Shown in pieces: positions 57,386 to 64,000 of a stretch of 64,000 nt of DNA. The position numbers and the translations under genes are program-made. The stretch is from Solirubrobacteraceae bacterium (GTDB lineage Bacteria > Actinomycetota > Thermoleophilia > Solirubrobacterales > Solirubrobacteraceae). Where the stretch lies: contig JBOGYE010000259.1 in NCBI GenBank assembly GCA_050696635.1, positions 503 through 64,502 of the forward strand. Direction: 5' to 3'. The notes below the pieces were generated by a model. That model saw nothing but the letters and a program-made list of their open reading frames with translations, searched no databases and had not been told where the DNA came from. Position 1 is the stretch's first letter. Every line of letters starts with the position of its first letter.

Positions 57386-58453
57386 TCAGGCTCCGCCGTA
57401 CGAGCTGGGTGGCGGGGGGCCCGCGCGCGCCGAGGCGATCTGCGCCAGCAGCGCGCTCGGGCTCGTCCCGCCCAGGACCCGCAGGCGGGGCAGGGTGTAG
57501 GGGTCGGTGTGCGGGCCCGCCCACCCCGGCACGACGGTGGTCGAGCCGATGAAGCCGGCCGACCGCACCGCGGCGATCACGGTCGCGTCGTAATGCCCCG
57601 ACGGGTAGCAGAACCAGTTCACCGGAACGCCGTACTCGTGGCGCAGTCGCCGGCGGGCGACGACGATCTGGTAGTGCAGGCCGCTGGCGTTCAGCGTGAT
57701 CAGGTCCGCGTGGCTGATCCCCTGCGTGTCCAGCTCCCAGCCGGCCGCTATCAGCGCTCGCACCTGGGCACTGGTCAACCCGCCCTGCGACGGCGGCAGC
57801 CCGCTCAGCTGGATGTTCTCGTCGGCGACCCAGTGCAGCCGCTGAAGGATCGGCAGCGCGGCGGCGTACTGGGAGTGATAGCCGTTGTCGAACGTCAGCA
57901 CGATCGGCTTGCCGGGAGGTAGCCGCGCCCCACGCATCCAGTAGGCGCGCAACTGGTCGAGCGTCACCGGCTGCCAGCCGGCGGACTTCAGCGCCTGCAT
58001 CTGTGCGGCGAACTCGGAGGCCGGCACATACAGGCCGGGGAAGGGTGCGTTGGGGGGCGCCGGCGCGATCACGTGGTACATCAGCACCGGGACCGCGGCG
58101 GTCCCCGGGCGTCCGGTCCCCGGGCCCAGAGCGGCCGCGGTGGAGCCCCCGCGGCCGCGGGCGCGCGGATCGGCGGCCACCAGGGAGGCGCCGGATGCGT
58201 CGGCTTGGCCGCTGTGCTTGGTCGACACCGCGCCGCTGGTCAGCGGCGCGCCGCCACTTGGTCGCGATGGGGTGGCGCCGGGTGACGACGACGAGCGGGG
58301 AGAGCCGCTGCCGCTCGTGAGCAGGATCACGATCACGATCACGACGATCGCCACCAGCACCGTCACCGCGGTCGCCTGGCGGCGCACCGCCCGCCGGCGC
58401 CGCTCGCGCGCCCGCTGTGCGCGGCGCAGCGCCTGGCGCTCCTCTGGATCCAT
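57386..58453 (-). CDS. Polysaccharide deacetylase (NodB-like, CE4)
   Basis: VPVLMYHVI, VLTFDNGY, SHADL, FCYPSG, LPRLRV; N-terminal TM and low-complexity linker. Start ATG 58453. Confidence 0.88.
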   Translation of the reverse strand: MDPEERQALRRAQRARERRRRAVRRQATAVTVLVAIVVIVIVILLTSGSGSPRSSSSPGATPSRPSGGAPLTSGAVSTKHSGQADASGASLVAADPRARGRGGSTAAALGPGTGRPGTAAVPVLMYHVIAPAPPNAPFPGLYVPASEFAAQMQALKSAGWQPVTLDQLRAYWMRGARLPPGKPIVLTFDNGYHSQYAAALPILQRLHWVADENIQLSGLPPSQGGLTSAQVRALIAAGWELDTQGISHADLITLNASGLHYQIVVARRRLRHEYGVPVNWFCYPSGHYDATVIAAVRSAGFIGSTTVVPGWAGPHTDPYTLPRLRVLGGTSPSALLAQIASARAGPPPPSSYGGA

Positions 58454-58541
58454 CTGCACAGCTTGCCACCGAGATCGGCGGCGAGGACGATTTCGCGCGG
58501 CGCACGGGAGGAGTGCAGCGTCGCGAGGCGAACGCTGCACC

Positions 58542-59219
58542 ATGCTGCTCAAACACCGCCCACCCGGTATCGATTCAAGCTTCGCGCCGCCCAGCCCCGG
58601 ACTCGATCACCTGTCCGGCACGGCGATCGCGGTGCTGCGCTGGTTGAATGCCAACAAAGTGGACTATGTGCTGGTCGGACCCGTCGCGCGGGCGATCCGC
58701 GGGGATCTGGCCGCCGTCGGCCCGGTCGCCATCGTTCCGGCTCCCTACGGGCGCAACTACGAGCGCCTGAACCGTGCCCTGGTCGCCGTGCGCGCCGGGC
58801 TGCGCGGCGAGCAGACGGTCGGAGACGGGTCTCGCGGGGCCCGGGCCACGCCGATCACGCTGACGCCAGACAAGCTGGCACGAGGACGGCGCTGGATGCT
58901 GAGCCTGGGCGACTACGACCTTGACCTCGAGCGGGCCGGAAGCCACGGCACGGGCGGGTCCGCACCGGCCGTCGATGCGTCCGTCGCGGGCGTCGGTCCG
59001 CGCACGCCCCGTTACCAGGAGCTCTTGTACGAGGCGAGCCGGTTCGAGATCGCGGACGGGATCGGCGTCGAGGTCGCCGCGCCGGAGGACCTCGAGCACT
59101 ACTCGCACCTGCGCCGCACGGGTCAGGCGCCGGAGTTTCGGGTCTCGCGCGCGATCGCGGCCGATGCGGCGCAGGAGGCTGAGCCGACCGAGCCTGCGGC
59201 GCCCGAGCCCAACGGCTGA
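58542..59219 (+). CDS. Hypothetical protein resembling a degenerate nucleotidyltransferase
   Basis: LRWLNANKVDYVLVGPVARAIRG..IVP..NYERLNRAL and VEVAAPEDL resemble minimal NTase families, but the expected DxD is absent. Confidence 0.55.
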   Translation: MLLKHRPPGIDSSFAPPSPGLDHLSGTAIAVLRWLNANKVDYVLVGPVARAIRGDLAAVGPVAIVPAPYGRNYERLNRALVAVRAGLRGEQTVGDGSRGARATPITLTPDKLARGRRWMLSLGDYDLDLERAGSHGTGGSAPAVDASVAGVGPRTPRYQELLYEASRFEIADGIGVEVAAPEDLEHYSHLRRTGQAPEFRVSRAIAADAAQEAEPTEPAAPEPNG

Positions 59220-59230
59220 CTCAGGGCCCC

Positions 59231-59252
59231 CTTACACCACTCTTACACCACT
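59231..59252 (+). repeat. 11-bp tandem repeat CTTACACCACT x2 (possible OmpR-family box)
   Basis: cttacaccact-cttacaccact about 30 bp upstream of the PAP2 ATG. Confidence 0.5.
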
Positions 59253-59283
59253 CTGAGCCGCCGCGGTTACCCTCCGTGGCGAG

Positions 59284-60150
59284 ATGCCACGACAAGCACG
59301 CATCGCGCTGCTCGGCGCCGCAACCGGCGCTGCCCTGCTCGCGCTCACCTGGTATCTGACCCATTACTCGGCGCCGTTGCGGCGCGCCGACATGTCGATC
59401 CTGTCCGGCTTTGAAGCGATGCAGCGACCGCGGCTGAACTGGATCGCCAACCGGATCGCGGGGCTCTGTGACCCGGGGCCGTACGCCCTGCTGGCGGCGA
59501 TCCCGATCGGGGTCTCACTCGTTCGCCGTCGCATGCGGGTCGCCGCCGCGATCGCGGTCGTGCTGCTGGGCGCCAGCGCCACCACCGAACTGGTGCTGAA
59601 GCCGCTGCTGGTCGGGCCGCGCGACCTGGCGCCGGGCGGGACGGTGTCGTGGGCGTCGATGCCCAGCGGACATGCGACGGCCGCGATGGCGTTGGCCCTG
59701 TGCTGCGTGATCGCCGCGCCGCCGCGGAGGCGCCCGCTGGTCGCAGCGGCGATGGGCGCGTTCGCGGTCGCGGTCTGCTGGTCGTTCTTGGTGCTCGGCT
59801 GGCACTACCCGTCCGACGTGCTCGCGGGCTTCCTGGTCTCGGCGATCTGGGCGCTCGGCGCGGTTGCGTCGCTCTGGACTCTGGAGGCGCGCCTGGCCGG
59901 GCGCCCGCGCCGGGCGGCGCGTCGTCGAACCGTCGGCTCCGCCGCGCCGTCGGTACGCCAGGCGCTGGCGCCGAGCGCCGTCCTGGTGGCCGGCGCGGTT
60001 GCAGCGGTGGCGCTGATGCTGATCGCGCGACGCGACTCGGTGGTCGCCTTCGCCGGCGGCCACACGGCGGTCATGGTCGGCGCCGGCGCGATCGGCGTGC
60101 TCGGGCTGGCGCTGCAGACCGGGATGGCGCTGATCCTGCGGCGCGCCTGA
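59284..60150 (+). CDS. PAP2 family membrane phosphatase
   Basis: LKPLLVGPR, MPSGH, LGWHYPSDV; multiple TM segments. Confidence 0.88.
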   Translation: MPRQARIALLGAATGAALLALTWYLTHYSAPLRRADMSILSGFEAMQRPRLNWIANRIAGLCDPGPYALLAAIPIGVSLVRRRMRVAAAIAVVLLGASATTELVLKPLLVGPRDLAPGGTVSWASMPSGHATAAMALALCCVIAAPPRRRPLVAAAMGAFAVAVCWSFLVLGWHYPSDVLAGFLVSAIWALGAVASLWTLEARLAGRPRRAARRRTVGSAAPSVRQALAPSAVLVAGAVAAVALMLIARRDSVVAFAGGHTAVMVGAGAIGVLGLALQTGMALILRRA

Positions 60151-60190
60151 CGGCCGCCACGGGGCTGACCCGCGGCCGGTCCGTGGCCGC

Positions 60191-60754
60191 TCAGGCGCGG
60201 CCGGCGCCCGGCTCCCACAGGGGCTCCTCGCCGGCGTTGGCGCCGCGGCTGAGGATGAACAGCAGGTCCGACAGACGGTTCAGGTAGCGCACCACCTCCG
60301 GGCTGGCCAGTTCGCCGCAGGCGATCGCAAGCCGCTCGGCACGGCGGCAGACCGTCCGGCAGACGTGCAGCTGCGCGGCCCCCGGCGTCCCCCCGGGCAG
60401 CACGAACGAGCGCAGCGGCGCGAGCGTGGCGTTGACCTCGTCGCAGCGCTCCTCCAGCCAGCGGGTCTGCTCTCCCGCCACGCGCAGGCGGTCGTGACCC
60501 GGCTGCTCGGGCGCGCACAGGTCGGCGCCGACATCGAACAGGTCGTTCTGGATCCGCGCCAGCCACTCCCGGTATGGAGCCGGCAGCGCCTCCGGGCCGA
60601 GCGCCAGCACGATCCCGATCTGGGCGTTGAGCTCGTCGACGGTCCCGTAGGCCGCGATCCGCGGGTGCGTCTTGGGCACGCGGCTCATGTCGCCGAGGTG
60701 GGTTTCGCCGCCGTCGCCGAGACGGGTGTAGATGCGGGTCAGGTTGACTGTCAC
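60191..60754 (-). CDS. ATP:cob(I)alamin adenosyltransferase, PduO type
   Basis: IYTRLGDGGET, YGTVDELN, IQNDLFDVGADL, FVLPGG, RTVCRRAER, YLNRLSDLLF. Start estimated at GTG 60754. Confidence 0.93.
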   Translation of the reverse strand: MTVNLTRIYTRLGDGGETHLGDMSRVPKTHPRIAAYGTVDELNAQIGIVLALGPEALPAPYREWLARIQNDLFDVGADLCAPEQPGHDRLRVAGEQTRWLEERCDEVNATLAPLRSFVLPGGTPGAAQLHVCRTVCRRAERLAIACGELASPEVVRYLNRLSDLLFILSRGANAGEEPLWEPGAGRA

Positions 60755-60857
60755 CGTGGCACGTGTGTCATCCGCGGCCGGAGATGCCAGCCTATTCTGC
60801 ACCACCGCCACGTCGGATCGAGCCCATCATGCGCAACCCGCTACGATCGCGCCGTTC

Positions 60858-61010
60858 AAGGTCGGTGGCGATGGGAAGCCGGTGAGAATCCGGCGCGGAC
60901 CCGCCACTGTGACCGGGGATGTCAGTCGCGAGATTGCCACTGGTCGGCGCTGCCGCCGGCCGGGAAGGCGCGACCGATAGGCCCGGAAGCCAGGAGACCA
61001 GCCTCCGACC
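60858..61010 (+). ncRNA. Cobalamin riboswitch
   Basis: gggaagccggtgagaatccggcgcggacccgccactgtg ... gccactgg ... gggaaggc ... aagccaggagacc (B12-box). Sits upstream of cobalamin-uptake-type genes. Confidence 0.93.
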
Positions 61011-61047
61011 GCAAAGCCAAAAGCCCTCGTGGAAAGGGGTGGCCCTC

Positions 61048-61764
61048 ATGTCACGTCGTACAACCCTCGCCCTGGCGATCGCGCCTGCCGCAACGATCGC
61101 ACTGGCGCTCCAGCCCGCGGTCGCGCCGGCACGCGCCCGGACTCCTGCAGCGACCGCCGCATCGGCGGCGCCGACCACCGTCAACGTTCGCGTTGAGGGG
61201 CTGCGCCGGACGCTGCTTTCGAGCACCCGCGTGCGCACCCGCGGCGGCTGGATCACCCGGGGCGGCGCGCCGCGCGGCAGTTGTCCCGCCGCCGGCGCCG
61301 CCGGAGCGCTCGACCTGGCCACCCGCCACGACTGGGTGGGCAGCTATCAGAGCTTCGGCCTCAGCGTCGTCTCGATTCTCGGCGAGCGCCACACGTTCAG
61401 CTCGCCCGACTACTGGAGCATCTTCGTCAACGGTCGCTATGCGAGCGCCGGTATCTGCGACCTGCGTCTGACCCGAGGCGAGCAGCTGCTGTTCGCCGCC
61501 GTGCCGGACAAGGGCAACGCCTACCCGATCCTGCTCAGCGCGCCGCGCCGCGTGGTCGCCGGGCACGCGTTTGACGTCAGCGCCCGCTACTACGGCGCCC
61601 GCGGCGGCGCACGACCGCTGGCCGGCGTGAAAGTCTCGGGTGGCGCGGTGACCAATGCCCGCGGCGTTGCGACGGTCACCCTGCGGCGCTCCGGCCGCGT
61701 GCGGCTGACAGCGTCTCGCGCCCGCTACATCCGCGCCGAAGCGACGGTCGCCGTCGGAAGCTGA
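61048..61764 (+). CDS. Secreted protein with DUF4430/transcobalamin-like domain
   Basis: Signal peptide, VNVRVEG, VSILGE..YWSIFVNG..GICD..GEQLLF. ATG 61048 follows the riboswitch. Confidence 0.7.
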   Translation: MSRRTTLALAIAPAATIALALQPAVAPARARTPAATAASAAPTTVNVRVEGLRRTLLSSTRVRTRGGWITRGGAPRGSCPAAGAAGALDLATRHDWVGSYQSFGLSVVSILGERHTFSSPDYWSIFVNGRYASAGICDLRLTRGEQLLFAAVPDKGNAYPILLSAPRRVVAGHAFDVSARYYGARGGARPLAGVKVSGGAVTNARGVATVTLRRSGRVRLTASRARYIRAEATVAVGS

Positions 61765-62705
61765 TGATGCGCCGCTGGGCCCGGACCGCGGTCGCTGCGC
61801 TCGCCGTCGTGGCGGCGTGCGCCGGCTGCGGGCTCGGGCCCGGGCGCGGTACCTCCGACGTCACGCTGACGGTGACGCGCGACTTCGGGGGTTCGCGGAT
61901 CGCCGCCCTGACGCGCTCCAAGGTCCCGGGGTCAGAGACCGTGATGCGCCTGCTCGAGCGGTCGCTGCACGTCGGCAGCAGCTACGGCGGTGGATTCGTG
62001 GATTCGGTCGACGGCCACGCCTCCCCGGGCGCGCGCGACGACTGGTTCTACTACGTCAACGGCGTCCAGGGGAGTCGCGGCGCGGCCGGCACCGCCGTGC
62101 ACGCGGGCGATCACATCTGGTGGGATCTGCACGACTGGAGCGCGACTGACTCGATCCCGGCCGTGGTCGGCTCGTTCCCGGAGCCGTTCGTCCACGGGAT
62201 CGGCGGCAAGCGCTACCCGGTCACGGTCGAGTGCGCGCCCGGCGTGAATGCCTCCTGCGCTCGGGTCACGGCGGCGCTCAACAGGGCGCACGTCCCGGCG
62301 GCGCCGCAACTGCTCGGCGCCGGCTCGGGGACCGAGACGATCTCCGTGCTGGTCGGAACCTGGAGCCAGCTGCACGGGGAGATCGTCGCGGCGCTGATCG
62401 ATCAGGGACCCGGATCGAGCGGGGTGTACGCGCGCTTCGCCGGCACCGGCACCGGCGCCGGCTCCTGGTCACTACACCTGCTGGATCCAGCCGGGCGGGT
62501 CGTCAAGACGCTCGGCGCCGACGCGGGGCTGATCGCGGCGACCGCGGGCAGCTCGGGGGTGCCGACCTGGGTGGTCGCCGGCACCGACGCCGCCGGCGTG
62601 GCCGATGCCTCGCGGGCGTTCACGGCCGGCGCGCTGCACGACCACTTCGCGCTGGCGGTCAGCGGCGCCGCCCGGTTGCCGATCCCGTTGCAGGCGGCCA
62701 GATGA
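61764..62705 (+). CDS. DUF4430 domain lipoprotein
   Basis: Lipobox CAGC, VTRDFG, FVDSVDG..DWFYYVNG..GA..VHAGDHIWWD. Confidence 0.8.
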   Translation: MMRRWARTAVAALAVVAACAGCGLGPGRGTSDVTLTVTRDFGGSRIAALTRSKVPGSETVMRLLERSLHVGSSYGGGFVDSVDGHASPGARDDWFYYVNGVQGSRGAAGTAVHAGDHIWWDLHDWSATDSIPAVVGSFPEPFVHGIGGKRYPVTVECAPGVNASCARVTAALNRAHVPAAPQLLGAGSGTETISVLVGTWSQLHGEIVAALIDQGPGSSGVYARFAGTGTGAGSWSLHLLDPAGRVVKTLGADAGLIAATAGSSGVPTWVVAGTDAAGVADASRAFTAGALHDHFALAVSGAARLPIPLQAAR

Positions 62706-63565
62706 CCTATCGGCGCCGCGCGAGCCCGCTGCACAGCGCGCGCGCCGCCGCCGGTCTGGCCTGGTGCGCGGCGCTCGCGGTGGCCGCGCTGACGCTGTCT
62801 AACCCGATCGCGCTCGGGGCGCTGGCGGCGGTGCTGCTCGCGGCGGGGACGGCCGCCGGCGTCGGGCGCGAACTGGCGCGCGCGGCGCTGCTGCTGGTGC
62901 CGGTCGCGCTCATGATCGCCGCGATCAACGCGCTGGTCACGCGCGACGGGCTGACCGTGATCGTCCGCCTCGGTGACCTGCCGGTCCTGGGCCAGACCGA
63001 CGTCACGCTCGAGGCGACCGTCTACGGGGGGGTGCTGGGCCTGCGCGCCGCGGTGCTGATCCTATGCGGCGCGCTGTACACGCTCGCCGTGGATCCAGAC
63101 GAGGTTCTGCGTCTGTTTCGCCGGGTCTCGTTTCGCTCGGCGCTGACCGCCACCCTGGCGACCCGGCTGGTCCCGGTCCTGATCCGAGATGCGCACCGCC
63201 TGGCCGACGCGCAGCGCTGCCGGCCCGGCCCGCGGCCGTCGCGAGCGACATTGATGCGTGCCTCCTGCTCGGGCGTTCTGGACCGCGCGCTGGACGTCGC
63301 GGCGGCGCTCGAGGTGCGCGGCTACGGAGCCGCCCGGCGCCCGCCCGCCTACCGGACCCCGTACTCACGCCACGATCTGGCGTTCCTCGCCGCCGCCGCC
63401 GCCGTGGTCGGGATTGCGCTAGGCGCCCGGGTCGGTGGGCTGGCCGCGTTCGCGGCCTACCCGCGGTTGTCGCTGGGCGCGGGATCGGGCTCGATCGGGA
63501 CCGGCGTGCTGCTGGCACTGGTCGCGCTGGCGCCGTTCGCCGACCGCCGCGGGGTGGCGCGGTGA
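62702..63565 (+). CDS. ECF transporter transmembrane T component (EcfT/CbiQ-like)
   Basis: Hydrophobic; RLVP..DAQRCR and ALEVRGY motifs. ATG 62702 overlaps the previous stop. Confidence 0.85.
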   Translation: MTYRRRASPLHSARAAAGLAWCAALAVAALTLSNPIALGALAAVLLAAGTAAGVGRELARAALLLVPVALMIAAINALVTRDGLTVIVRLGDLPVLGQTDVTLEATVYGGVLGLRAAVLILCGALYTLAVDPDEVLRLFRRVSFRSALTATLATRLVPVLIRDAHRLADAQRCRPGPRPSRATLMRASCSGVLDRALDVAAALEVRGYGAARRPPAYRTPYSRHDLAFLAAAAAVVGIALGARVGGLAAFAAYPRLSLGAGSGSIGTGVLLALVALAPFADRRGVAR

Positions 63566-64000
63566 TCTCGCTCCAGGACGTCAGCTACGCATACCCGGGC
63601 GCGCGCGAGCCGGCGCTGGCCGGCATCGAGCTGGAGTTCGCGCCCGGGGAGCTGATCGTGGTCGCGGGCGCCTCCGGCTCGGGGAAGTCGACGCTCCTGC
63701 GCGCGATCAGCGGCCTCGTGCCCCACTTCTACGGCGGCAGGTTCGCCGGTCGCGTGACCGTGGCGGGGATGGACACCCGCGACCACGGCCCCGGGGAACT
63801 GGCGCGGGCGGTCGGGACGGTGTTCCAGGATCCCGAGTCGCAGATCGTCACCGGCAGCGTTCGCGCCGAGCTGGCGTTCGGTCTGGAGAACCGCGGTCTG
63901 GCGCCGGCAGCGGTCGCCCGAGGCGTCCAAGAGGCGGCGATGGCGCTGGCGGTCGAGCGGCTGCTCGACCGCTCCACGGCCGAGCTTTCCGGGGGCGAGC
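63562..64000 (+). CDS. ECF/ABC transporter ATP-binding protein, 5' fragment
   Basis: GTG 63562: MISLQDVSYAYPG..GASGSGKSTLL..VFQDPESQ..ELAFGLEN..LSGGE. Runs off the window. Confidence 0.9.
   Translation, partial: MISLQDVSYAYPGAREPALAGIELEFAPGELIVVAGASGSGKSTLLRAISGLVPHFYGGRFAGRVTVAGMDTRDHGPGELARAVGTVFQDPESQIVTGSVRAELAFGLENRGLAPAAVARGVQEAAMALAVERLLDRSTAELSGGE

Overview
Very GC-rich, gene-dense bacterial DNA. Gene content and the Ser-rich lipoprotein linkers suggest an actinobacterium, possibly Thermoleophilia/Solirubrobacterales (inference). The main feature is a ~42 kb catabolic region (5.9-47.7 kb) that looks built for scavenging histidine betaines (ergothioneine and relatives). It contains a betaine-type ABC importer, three histidine-ammonia-lyase-fold enzymes that all lack the MIO-forming Ala-Ser-Gly motif, an ornithine-cyclodeaminase-family enzyme and canonical hutU-hutI-hutF. 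It also holds a second, divergent urocanase clustered with a DUF917 protein, a cyclic amidohydrolase and a carbamoylase, matching the known five-step ergothioneine pathway. Unexplained modules sit between these: Fae-like/Zn-ADH/enolase/HIBADH, a BHMT-like methyltransferase, nitrilase/acyl-CoA dehydrogenase/CoA ligase, and a peptide-type ABC system with duplicated Tat binding proteins. A shared GTTGC-N7-GCAAC palindrome occurs upstream of four of these units. The flanks carry a DrrAB-type exporter, a HARP-domain SNF2 helicase, AlgI/AlgJ-like O-acetylation genes, two tandem kup genes behind a KdpDE-like pair, and a cobalamin riboswitch ahead of DUF4430/ECF uptake genes. Two ~160 bp hairpin MITE-like insertions with 3-bp target duplications and a shared core are visible. 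No rRNA, tRNA, CRISPR array or transposase was seen. All functional calls come from motif reading by eye; no database searches were run.
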